Shown: piece after piece, positions 37,283 through 49,080 of the stretch | Numbering within the stretch: position 1 is the first letter of the stretch | Layout: each line of letters begins with the position of its first letter | Source: Phallusia mammillata | Taxonomy: Eukaryota | Assembly: GCA_965637545.1 (NCBI GenBank) | Contig: OZ281497.1 | Span: 27,218,001 to 27,282,000, forward strand | Direction: 5' to 3' | DNA length: 64,000 nt | Made by a program: the position numbers and the translations under genes | Notes under the pieces: generated by a model | Told to the model about the DNA's origin: nothing | Databases searched by the model: none | Seen by the model: the letters and a program-made list of their open reading frames with translations, nothing else

Positions 37283-37314
37283 CTGAGGATGCCATTATAT
37301 CGGCGAAATCGATA
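37283..37314 (+). ncRNA. Degenerate minimal hammerhead ribozyme motif
   Basis: CTGAGGA-T-GCC(ATTATATC)GGC-GAAA-TCGA-TA. Stem I is weak. Confidence 0.55.
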
Positions 37315-39071
37315 TTATTTATTTACAATACATTGCAACACGAAAAACACAGATTGATTTGGGTGTACTGAAAGCTTCAGTTTACTAAGTTATGCTATTT
37401 TAGATATTTAAATGGTAAACAGAAAGGAAACGTTATTTCTAGGGTTTGAACCTAAAATCAATTAATTTTTAACGTAAAAAGGAATTTACAAAACGTGCAG
37501 TAAGTTTACCTATACGCATATTGTTGTTACGGACGTAATAAAAATATTTGTTCACGTTCTGCGATTCTTACACGACATACAGGTTTGATGACATATATGG
37601 GATCATATGGGTAAGCAAAAAAAATCAATTTTACTTTTGTCAAAAAAGTAATCAATTCTCTCCACGCAAAGACAACTTTCTGAAATAAGATGACGTCATT
37701 CCAATAAAACTTCCGTGTTACAGTTTCTGTGCATGAGCAAAGGCGTCAGTTGGTCGATTGCTGCTAGTCAGGCTATATATTTAACACTAAAACAAACATG
37801 ATTTCGTGGTAAATGCACAAGACTGACATAATATATCAAACAAATAATTCAAAAATTTAATATCGGAGTCACGTGGTAGTATTGTCTATTTTTAACGAGA
37901 AATAGTCAAAAGATTTCGATCAAATAGCAATGACAATTAAAAACCAATATGCATGCATGTTCACGACCATGGAAGGCAGTTAGCTTGATTTCACTTTTCT
38001 TTCACGGATAATCAATTATCTCAATTGAGGATACGGAAAGTGCTGCGACGTCATCATAATAGAATTTCCTTGTTGTAGTTTATGTGTGCATGAAGAAAAC
38101 AGTCGCGCGGTTCTTTGTTATCTTTGTAGGCAGTTATGTAGGTTATACCCATGTAGCCGCTGCTGCCTCGATAGCGACTTGTTAAAGGCGGCTACAGTGT
38201 AAACTATGATGTTCATTGCAAATTGTTTGGTGAGTCTGATCTTTGCATCTCAATTACAGCTGACTGATTACAGCCCCACAGAGTGTTTCTTATTTCTTTG
38301 TACTCTTGAGTAAACGTTTAAAGGCGAACGATTAAATCAGCTTCCACATCCCCAAAGGGAGAAAAATAGAAGAAAATAGACTACCAGATGACTAAAAATA
38401 GTCCAAGAATAGACCCAGAATTCCCCGGCGACAAAGTCGAAAATAAGCTATATATATAGTAGAGCAAAATATTGGCTATTACGTGAAACCTTTTTTCCTT
38501 TAAGTTATAGAATTCATTTTATGGCAAAGGTGCAATTTATAAAGTCATAGCGCCCTCGAACCGAGCTGCTATGCTTCTTCTCAAGTACGAGCGGCTGTGT
38601 TCTACTTTAAACTTGAAACGGAAACGACAGTATAAACAAGAGGAAGTATGCGTAATGATGAACAAACACCTGTTTGTGCAGAACATTCTAGAATAACAAA
38701 ATGACTCAAAATATCTTATGACTTGCATGAGAACGGAAATACCAACACTTGCATCCAGTTAAAAAGAGGTTAAACACTTCCCCTACATGCTGTGCAACAT
38801 TATTGCAAACAACATGCTAACGTTAAACATAAACTTTGTGCACATTAATATCATGACCGCTACACCCAGAGCACATGCAGGTTTTGCAAGAAAAGCAAAT
38901 TTGAACTTAAAAACTATTATTTTTGAGCAAAGCCTGATTAGGGTTTATTTATTTGTCAGAAAGCTTGAACAAAGTCCGTTTCGTGGGTTTTGTAATGTTT
39001 TAAACACCAGAATGTGTTGCATTTTTATGTGTGCAGTTTGTGCTGAAGAAGCTTAAATTCTTTGAACAAAC

Positions 39072-41755
39072 ATGGTGTTGTTAGTTATTTTTTGTATGTT
39101 GTATTTATCTGTTTCTGCTGACGGGCGAACTTGGCATAACCTCAATGGATCTCAATATTCCATCGAAATGACTCCAGTCCAATCATATGATGAAGCAAAG
39201 AGAAATTGTTCTGCGTTGCAAGCTAATGTAGCTAATGTCAAAACCACCGAAATCTTTAAGTTTTTAAAGACTTATATAAACCTTTCAGGTGACAATATAG
39301 CTCGTTGTTTTGTTATTTCGATAGGAATTGTTTTTAGATATGTTTGTACTTCGGTTTCTGCCACTATGTGACACTAGGATCAAATAACAATTTAGATGAA
39401 CGAGAAAAACGCTTTTCTGAGGACTTAATAGTACATCCAGACGAAAAGGGTTCACAAACATATTACTTCTAATCTGTTTTTATTTTCAAAGATAAACCCC
39501 ACTCTTTTTACATCGGTGCGAGAAGAGTAAAAGGCACACTTAACTTTCGCTGGAATGATGAAAGTGATGTTACTGTTCCAAGAAGTATGTGGGGTTCAAA
39601 ACAACCAAATAATCTTGGCGGAATAGAGGATTGCGTCACAATGGGTTATGCATATTATTTTGTTTCATCTTACAAATTTCATGACGTAGTATGCAGAGGA
39701 CACAGAGCGAGATACATTTGCGAGAAGAAAACTAATGAGAAAAGTGAGCAGAAGTAAAAAAAGTGTCATCGTTTCACAAGTTTCCGCTCAAATAAACAAC
39801 ATATTTTAAATTAGGATGTGCCATTATACACCAAAGGTAAAGAGTAAAATGTGATAAAATAAGTTATTCCACCAAAATGGAAAGCACTTTCGTAGTTTAC
39901 TTTCTGTTATACTCCTGCTGATAGTATAAATGTAAATAATTTGAATTGTTGCATCCACGACCACGTTATTAGTGCTAAAACTATCTACTACCAATGTATT
40001 GAATCAGGCCTTTTACATGGAAAACCAACCGCTTCAACCGTGATGCTATCTACAATGTCAACCAGTTTAACCATGTCTACAGAATCCAGAAGTGCGTTTG
40101 TTAACAACACAACACATGGTAAGTAAACTACATTGAAACTTTTGGCGGATAAAGTTTACTAGATAATTAAAAGTTTTGAAAAATATGTCACTCTGTTTAA
40201 AATGACAGTCGCATCGTCTCACACAAAACAAACGCGATTGCAAATATTTGATTTATTAGGAAATGAAACTGACATGACGTCATACCTATATAATTTCCGC
40301 GTAATAGTTTCTGCTTAAAGCAGCGCAAGTGACTGCAAGTGTGAATTCAAATTTGTAATGCCTTCCTTTTGCCAAACTGGAAAAGAAATACACAACCCAT
40401 GGCTATTTCATCTGACTACTGAAAGATTAAGCTAAACTTTGTGAAAGCATGTTATATGCAAACAAGGTAATAGTAAAAAAAATATAAATTGATTGATTGT
40501 CAACGTTGTGTTGGTGTATTCATGTTTATCCCTGTAAGGATGAACTTGGCACAACTTTAATGCTTTTCAATAATTTCTAAATGCAAACATTCATACTCCA
40601 ATGTTGCTTTCCTGACTTTGCAGCTCCACCGAAACTCAACACATCCATCATTGCTTCAGCAGTAGGCGGATGCGTCATATTAGTCATAATCTGTATCGTC
40701 ATTTTCTTTGTTACGTCTTTGAAGAAAAGAAGGTAACAGCAGAACATTTCTGCTCATCAAACATCAGTACTTCTCTTTGATATACTACATGTTTTAGACA
40801 TACAATAGCAAAGCATCATTTATTACAAGAATGTTCTAACCTAATATACTACTTTGGTACTTTATCAATTTTGTTTGTTTAAGTAATTTTACATTTCCGC
40901 AGGAGAAACAAACCAGTAAACGGAGCGGTAGTGATTGAATACAATGCAAGGGGTAGGAAAATATATGGAATTTGCTTATAATAGTTACTGTAATTATTTT
41001 TTCTTTAGAAAAGTAAAAATTTTGAATGCTTAATTTTTCCCAATCTGCATAAACTTCTGAAGTATGTGTTACTTCTTATATCTATCATAGTAAGTTTCAA
41101 AGCGAAACTATTCTGTTAAAGGCGCAAAATTATTCACTACCGTACATATGTGTTAATATTTAAACATTTTGGTGAGCTCATGTACATAACTCTTTATAAT
41201 ACGGTGTAGCTGAAGCGCGTTTAGTCATGATCCAACAATTGTGCCTTCCACTGTTTTGCGCTCCATATCGTTTCAACCAAGCAAAAAAACTCAACTAAAC
41301 TTAACTAAACTCAAACAGGTGACGATTTTGAACCTGAAAAAACGTACAACATTCCTCAAATCGAAGAAAACAGTTTCGACCATTCAACACAACCGCCCTC
41401 ACGTCTTCAAAACGATGACGTCAACCATTACCACGCAATCCTAGAACCACGACACGAAAACATAATTGTTGACGAAGTCGCACACCAACAAGCGGGAAGC
41501 AGTGATGTCTATGCTCAGGTCAGAAAGTCAAAACAATCAACAAAGGTTCACGACAATGGAGAACAATCACATGATCGAAAATGCGATCACGATCAATTGG
41601 ATGAAGTCAGTTACGACACTTTGCAACTATCTCAACATGTGGAAGTCCACAATCAATTTGCAAGCGGCAGCAATCCAACTAATATCTATGACAACAGAAA
41701 TGGGGCTAATGACGAATCGGATTCAGCCTACGATGAGTTACGCCGTCACATATGA
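39072..41755 (+). CDS. Type-I transmembrane C-type lectin receptor L3 (391 aa; QPN motif; long tail with two canonical ITIMs)
   Basis: Exons 39072-39288, 39492-39743, 40008-40118, 40624-40732, 40903-40952 and 41319-41755 total 1176 nt and are in frame. The CTLD, TM and juxtamembrane exon lengths equal those of L1 (252, 109 and 50 nt). Tail motifs YNIP, YHAI, DVYAQV, VSYDTL, IYDN, SAYDEL. Confidence 0.8.
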
Positions 41756-42089
41756 ACAAAACAAACTGAAATTTGATTCAAAACTGTAAATTAACATTTT
41801 TGATGGAATAGTGATGTCTATTTGTAGTTACTAGCTTCTATCTATTTTTGGAAAGTTCCAAAGTTGTCGCACTGTTTGCATGTATATTTTGTCCAAAAGT
41901 AATATTTTTTTTAGTTCGGTGCATTTCGGCCTGTTTCTTACGGTTTAGAATGAGTGTTCTGACATCGAGCGGTCGTACATGTGTTTGAACAAAGTGGAAA
42001 CGATAAATCTTTTGTAAGCCAATGATTGCCTCATGATTCGCGCAACCCTGTGACACGAACGTCAGGATTTGAGCATGTATAAAACAAAA

Positions 42090-43000
42090 TAACCATTCAC
42101 AAACGAAGCACTGATTTTCAGTACTGCAACTAAACAAACATTTTCACATTACTCAACATACTTCACAGAAGCGCAAAAAAACATAAACGAAACATTTCTG
42201 TAAGAAAAATTGAATTAAGCCGAAAACGCATGTTTAATCATGTACTTTTTCGACTTTGTTTGACACATTGAGTTGGAACAAACCAATCGCAGTCAAAGTG
42301 GCCCATGTAAAACCTGAAGCTTAAATCTGACATATACGTGATAAACGCAGTTTACAAACTTATACACAGCGCCTCCTAGTGTCAGACACGACATAAGCAT
42401 AAGAAAAACAGCAAAAAGTTAAAAAAATGAAGGCAAATAATGCGCAGCTGAATTTGCTGGTGTCGACAATAAACAACTGGAAAATATGATGATTGTAATA
42501 ACGTACTATTACCATGTTTATTATGTGAAATAATACTTTTGTATAGCCAAATAAAATACATTTCTGTATTCTTTTGTTTTGATTTCCTATCCTCAGCTGT
42601 TTACGTACGATTACGTGATAAAAACAATTTAATTGGTTTCCGTTAAAATATATTAATTATAAGTTACTGATTGAATTACCTTAGCAGTTGTTTTTTGAAT
42701 GGAATTTCTCAATCTGTCTTACAACAACCTGACAGATGAAAGTGCTGAGTCATTGGCTCGATGTGTTCACAACATCAGCGTTTTGTATGTTTAGGGAAAC
42801 AACTTCACAGAAGCAGGAAAGAATACCATCCGGTCAAAGTCGCGAGAGAGTGTTCTAAACATTAAATGAAAACTTATGTTAAGACAAAATCACATGTCAA
42901 CAACTTTAATATTACGCTTATAACCATCTCTGATTCTTGTGCGTAGAAAATATGAGTGCCGAACATTGTTATGAAGGACACGATGGTTTACCACACAAAA
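42090..43000 (+). pseudogene. Orphan NLR 3' remnant with dead terminal LRR exon (42699-42869)
   Basis: MEFLNLSYNNLTDESAESLARCVHNISVLYV*GNNFTEAGK. The acceptor AG is lost (TTTTGA|ATG) and there is an in-frame TAG at 42792. Flanks match NLR intron sequence at ~8830-8910 and 15620-15917. Confidence 0.85.
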
Positions 43001-45299
43001 ATATTGACTTGTTCAATATGTCGTAAAAAAGGTTCACTTTAATCAATACGTCGTACAAAATTTACGTGCGATGCTGATAATGTAGTGTTACAATGTTTTT
43101 GTTGGCATAAAAGTTCTAATGAAAAATAAATATTGGTTTCAAACCAGTTTTTTTTAATCTTTCTCTATTGTTTTATTTCAATACGCACGGTCCTGTAGAA
43201 CTTCCACGCGCGTAACTTCATAGCACCACAACCCTGCGTGTCTAGCGTCACCACTGATGATATTATGGTTAGTACGTTAGCCTTGACATATTCTTACCTT
43301 GTAGCCTATAATTTGCTTTCTGAGCTTGTGTGCATTTTATATTTTCGCCTATTAAAACTTTCAGTGCTGTAAAAATATCATAATTCTGCTAAATATGTTT
43401 CTGTATTTTTTAATTGCTGTTATTTGGGCCTAAACTTGAACTTAGTGATAAACGATTTCGATACCGTAACTGTGTTTAATTCTTGTATTTTTGACAATTT
43501 CGTTATTTTTGACAATTTTTGTAAAGACTTTTCATTATTAGAGAGTCATGCTCTTCTATACATAGTTGTAATGTAACGCATATTTGCCTGTTTTCTATGC
43601 ATTTTTTACTTCTTATTAGTATCGTGAACATTATATCACATGATGTTCGATTTCCTTTTTTCTGATTTATTTGTTTAGTTTGAAAAATCTAAATCTAACT
43701 GAAAATCGTATCTAACTGAAATCATATATATGATTCTGTGGATGAAACATCAAATCTTAGATTTTTGCGTGGGGGGTTTGCTTTTGCTAAAACGTGACCG
43801 TTTAAACGCATACTGTATGTGCTTGAATTACAGTCATTTACTGGTAAAATATAAAACTGACCGATATAGTTTAGACATAACAGTACTTTTACGATTGATG
43901 GGATTTGGATTGCTTCTGTTGAAGTAATGACGCTTCAGCGTATATTTGAAAACAGTTGTCTTTACTGTCTTTTAGTATAAGTTGGGGACTTTCCCACCGA
44001 AGTTTTAAAAATTTAGCAAACAAGCGAGTTTTGATTTTTTATCCAAGAAGCAGGGTCAGTTCTTGTTACTGGTATAAGAATTAAAGCATCGTTGTGTGAC
44101 GATGTAATAACATGCAAGCACAATAAACCACACTAGTTGAACGTGTGACACGATTTCTCCGTCATCTTCTCACAAGAGGAAAGCTGCATCTTCACGAACT
44201 CCATTGTCCAGTACACCTTCCAAAATTACAAGAACCTTGTATAGCAATGAAGCATCAGTCAACACGGTGAGTGGTGTTTGTATTATAAAATTTATTTTCC
44301 TTAAATTGTGAAGTTTGGTGAAATTATTTCTAGTGGCAAAGTTATCATTGTTTACTTGCTGGCCAGATTGGAAAGAATGGTAAATTCTCCGCGCAATATT
44401 TTGGATTTTCCCTCTTAATCCGCGCAGACATAGGCTTTTGACGTGTAATCCGCGCAATAAAATCTTGTCCGAGCAACTTAGCACAGCTTGCATATAACTT
44501 CAATAAACTTTCTGTAAAATTTTATATTTATGTTGCACAATGAAGTTCTATGTCGTCACAAGCCTTATTTCGCGAATAATCCACGGAAATCAGTCAAGCG
44601 CATCGTTACTTACCGATCGTCAAGCTTGCAATGATATTTCTAATTCGCTAACGTAGTCGTTAAAAGTACATTTTATCAGTGTTTTTAGGACGTAGTTATG
44701 ACATTAAAGTGACTGTCGGCTAGATCAGTTACAGAAATAATATTTTCTGTTTGACAGTTACTTAAAAGCAGTTTGGCATTCTGAAATTACTTCAAAAGAA
44801 AGAAATGTAACAGCAAAAATTGTTTGAATCGTTATCAGTGTTGCCAGGTTGCGCGTTTGTCGCCAAATTGGGCTACTTTTGATATCGGGTTGCGGGGTTG
44901 CGCCTTTTTGAGCGGGTTTGCAAATGAAATTTTCTACCGTATGACGAGTAAAGGCCTGTTTACACTATGCTTAGCGACGCCTAACCTAACCTTACCTTGC
45001 GACCCCTTCCGTTTACACTGCGATTATCGGTGCGTACCTAAGCTTACTAAATAATATACTATACGTCTTTTTTTAGCTCACGGAAGCTGTCGATGACCAT
45101 AAATCACGACATAAATTTATTGTTACCTATTTTACATCGATAAAACTTTGTATCAATCTAAATTAAATCATATTTTGTTAGTAAACATGATTTTGCATCT
45201 TGGTAATCATGTAGGATTGTTCTGGATGTTGTTCCATAGATTCGAAATTTGAGAGGACTGTCTCAACTGCCAACAGAATCAGTCAGTAAATTAGAAAGT

Positions 45300-45340
45300 A
45301 GGAATATATATTTCGCCTAATAATGGCATCATCAGTTCCT
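45300..45340 (-). ncRNA. Type I minimal hammerhead ribozyme
   Basis: Reverse complement of AGGAA-CTGATGA-T-GCC(ATTATTA)GGC-GAAA-TATA-TA-TTCCT. Confidence 0.8.
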
Positions 45341-46062
45341 GAAAAACGCAAAATATCAAGAAATGTAAAACAAACACAATGTTCTAAGCAACTCAACAAC
45401 GCGAGTGTCGCCAAACACAAAATCGTTAAAAACCTTGCAAACCCAGCAACGCCTGGAAAACCTAAAGGTAACACCTGTGAAAACCTGGCAAGACCTACAC
45501 CATGGACAAATGTAAAGAGAAAAAGGGGGGTGGCAAAAAGAAACCAAGGCGCTCGCAACTAAAAGCCGATAAAACGATAAAAAAGATAAAAAGAAGATAA
45601 AATTAAAAAATTAAACTGCCGTAAACCGTACCCAAAGGCCGTGCAATTACTGACCACTGACACACACAAGTCACACACAAGTATGAAACACGATCACGAA
45701 AATTATCGAATCTTGGGCAGCAACATATTTTGAATATTAAGCGTTGCGCCAGTAAGTTTCAGCCATTTGGCTTCGCAGTGATTCAAACGATCAACATTGG
45801 GTTGCTCCACAAAGGTGACCGTAAAACATTCCGCGATATCTGGTCTCTTCATAAATATATCGTGGTGGTGGATGGCGAAGTGATGGCCCAGCGAGGCGTT
45901 GTCATTGTCACCGCTGGTTTTAAACGTGTTCCACACTGTTTTTAGTTTGTTTTAAGGTTTTTAACGATTTTGTGTTTGGCGACACTCGCGTTGTTGAGTT
46001 GCTTAGAACATTGTGTTTGTTTTACATTCTTGATATTTTGGTGTTGATCTATTGCGTTTTTC

Positions 46063-46103
46063 AGGAACTGATGATGCCATTATTAGGCGAAATATATATT
46101 CCT
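46063..46103 (+). ncRNA. Type I minimal hammerhead ribozyme
   Basis: AGGAA-CTGATGA-T-GCC(ATTATTA)GGC-GAAA-TATA-TA-TTCCT. Stem I AGGAA/TTCCT is perfect and stem III is the palindrome TATA. Confidence 0.82.
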
Positions 46104-47007
46104 ACTTTCTAATTTACTGACTGATTCTGTTGGCAGTTGAGACAGTCCTCTCAAATTTCGAGTCTTTTAACAATTTGCACAGTTATCGTCGGTATGCATG
46201 GCGGCTGTTGGAGGTTTAGATATTGCCCATCCACGACAATTTCTCTTGTTCCATAGATTTGTGACATATTTATCTTACTTTTATGTTTCTATAACATGTA
46301 GTCCCCTGTGATAGGGTAAATGTATATTTTAAATGCACTTAATTACAAAATTTAAACACAATAAAACACAACATGCAATCATAACCATGTAATAAATACT
46401 TAAATTGAAGCCAAATAACGTGTCATCATTTATTTTTGGCAAATGAACCAGCTTTTTTAAATCAGAAACCCGTACACAGCGATAACACAAACCGTTTGCG
46501 CAGGTTCAAGCAGCTTGATATGCAGAAAAACGCTCGGAAGGCGATCGCTCGCTCATTTCTACCAGACTTGAGCGCCCGAAATCAGTCAAGCGCGAAACCA
46601 GACAGAAAAAAGGAAACAAACAAACATACGCACGTTTGAGCGAGCGCGATACGCATAGTGTAAACGGGCCTTAATGATTGCATTATTATTGTGACGTCAA
46701 AAACGTTGTAAATTGAATTTTGACAAAAGAACTAATGAAACTGCCCAGAGCGTCGGAGATTTAACATCCAGCAGAGCAAAAGAATGCTTTTAGTCCATGC
46801 AATGCAACGTTCATTTCCAAACAAAGAAATTTAATAAACGTTTTCTGGTACCTTAGATCCGGGGTGTACTGCATGTAACTATATGGTCCAAAATTCAACT
46901 TTGTGCTTTCATGTACATATGTTGAAATATATGTACTGCCGTGCATGACCTGTGTATTAGTAAAATCTCCTATGTTACATATGTGACGTGTTAACTTGAC
47001 CAAAGTC

Positions 47008-47347
47008 TATATAAAACACAAGTTGTCCAACCTATTGTTACGCATTAAAAGCTAAATTGCTTTTTTTCATGAAAATTTTTTTTTTTTTCAAAAAATTTTG
47101 CCTCTTATTTTTCATGTAAACTTAAAATATTTGCATTCAGCGTGCGTAATCACGCTCAAATGTTAGAACCCAAAAGTTTTATTTTGATTTTGCCTATTAG
47201 TTTCGCGTTAAAGCTCACCAGTTTGTAAAAATCGGACAACTTATGTGTTTTTTTTCTATATACCTGCTGTATTAAGTTGGACACAAAATGGTGTCCATGG
47301 AGCTCTATCGTATAACAATGGGTTGGACTACTTGTGTTTTATATATA
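47008..47347. mobile_element. MITE with ~35-bp TIRs (TATATAAAACACAAGTTGTCCAACC...). One-ended copies in NLR introns at ~7814 and ~9983
   Basis: Inverted copy GGTTGGACTACTTGTGTTTTATATA at 47321-47345. Confidence 0.6.
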
Positions 47348-47795
47348 TTCAAGTGGGGTAAAAAAAAACAATTTTTTGAAACTTCGTTGCCAAACTTTTA
47401 TGTTAGGCAACAAAAGGTCAGTTTTTCTTCCCAACAAAGCTGATGGGGCTACTTTTATAGTTATGTGTTAAGTTTTTAATTTTACTAAAAAACAAAAAAT
47501 ATATTTGACGAAAACTGTTGTTGTTTTTTAACCTGAAAAAGGTACAAAAAAAAACAATGTCGGGGTAAAAAAAACAAGTAGACATTAGGACCAGTTAAAA
47601 AAAAATAGGTGGCAGTTGGAACTTTAATTGAATTATATGAACTTAATTAACCATCTTGAAGTCAAAGATAAGACAGAAATTTCATTAATACATTTGTTAC
47701 AATAAATAAGCCAAAAAAACACAAGCCACATCAATTTTTTTGTTTTCTAAATTCTGCAAACCAAACTTGCAGCAGTTAGCAAACTGTTTGTAAAC

Positions 47796-47961
47796 TAATC
47801 ACAAACATTACTGCCAAGGTAGAGGTGTATATAGAATACATCGTTCAGACGTTTCGACAATCTCTGTTGTCATCATCAGTGCATGTATTCTATATACACT
47901 ACTACCTTGGCAGTAATGTTTGTGATTAAACTACTTTTCAAGTCCGTGTATGGTGTTCCTA
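47796..47961 (-). mobile_element. Small Penelope-type foldback insertion with a hammerhead core in the loop (47848-47879, minus strand)
   Basis: 46-bp inverted arms at 47796-47841 and 47883-47928. The minus strand reads CTGATGA-T-GACAA(CAGAGA)TTGTC-GAAA-CG-TC. Flanking direct repeat TGTTTGTAAACTAAT (47785-47799, 47962-47976). Confidence 0.7.
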
Positions 47962-48799
47962 TGTTTGTAAACTAATTAAACACTCTTAAATGGATGCCAA
48001 GACTTTCCATGGCTTTATACCTTTATTGCACTGCATTTATTGCCTTTGATTTGTTTTGTTTTTTTCATTTAACTGGGTTTTATTAGTATGCAACTATGTT
48101 TAAATAGAGCTCACCCACTTACAGGCCTGCCATGTAAGCCACTTTTTGAAATAAAGTTTTATTTTCTGTCCAAAACTAATTGAATTACCCCAAAATGAAT
48201 TGATTCCCCCCTTTTCATTACTTTTTGGCATTTTTCATAAGGCCTGGACCCAAATTTGTATTGTCAGCAAGGCAGGTATACTTTTTGGTAAAAAACTTCT
48301 TCAAAGGTAGGTCCCAGAAGCAATTTTGTACAGCTTTGGTTTAAATACATGTTTTATAGGCTTACTTTTTTATTTTCTCAACTTCCAGGTGATAAATAAA
48401 AAAAATTGGGCAGAAAAAAAATTTGGGGTGTAAAAAATACGTTTTTTTTACCCCATTCCTATAGAACCGTTTGGGGTAAAAATGAACAACAGGATATCTG
48501 AAAAAATATAGAAGCTAGCCAAGTGGAGTCTTTTTTGTTTTATAGGTCATAGTTATGTGTCATAACTTATGACACAACACAGACAAAAGGTCATTGACAC
48601 CAAACTTATAATAAAAAATCTGCAGGTAAGTTTCTAAAGGTTGTTGAAGACTTTTCAACATACGAATTTTACTACCCATGTTTCAATCAGCAGAACATTG
48701 CCTAAAAACAAAATCTGAAAATGATTTATGGCTTATTGTTTGGGCACAGGATAAGTACATCTGGTGGCCAAAACATCAGCAAAAATACAAGTTATGGAC

Positions 48800-49052
48800 T
48801 GTGGTGAATGTTATTTCTATGTTGTGTTCCTGTTTACCTTGTTTCGTTTTTTCCTTTCCGTTACGTCCCGTTACTTCCTTCCGGTCATTAGTGTTTTGTC
48901 TCGTTAGCGGTAGGATGTCTAGTTTTCTCTTGCGTTTGGGCTTATTTGTTTTCTACATTTCCTGAGTCATTTATTGTTTGTGTTGCAGATACATTGCTGT
49001 ATTTTTACTTTAATAAAGCCAGAGTTAAATTAACTCCTCAATGGTCATCACA
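48800..49052 (+). repeat. 5' LTR (253 bp)
   Basis: Termini TGTGGTGA...TCATCACA, AATAAA at 49012-49017, 28 nt upstream of the gag ATG. Confidence 0.7.
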
Positions 49053-49080
49053 ATTTATTAAAGTAAATTAAATTTTCATC

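Larger units (their letters stand above)
45243..46245 (-). mobile_element. 5'-truncated Penelope-like retroelement with inverted pseudo-LTRs
   Basis: ~200-bp inverted arms at 45242-45436 and 45955-46161, each containing a hammerhead. Minus-strand ORF end 45703-45936 resembles a GIY-YIG C-terminus (SLGHHF...VTFVEQ...CEAKW...LNI). Flanking direct repeat TTGTTCCATAGATT (45229-45242, 46246-46259). Confidence 0.75.
44952..46671. mobile_element. PIF/Harbinger-type non-autonomous element
   Basis: TIRs AGGCCTGTTTACACTATGC / GCATAGTGTAAACGGGCCT with a TAA TSD (44949-44951, 46672-46674). Confidence 0.8.
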
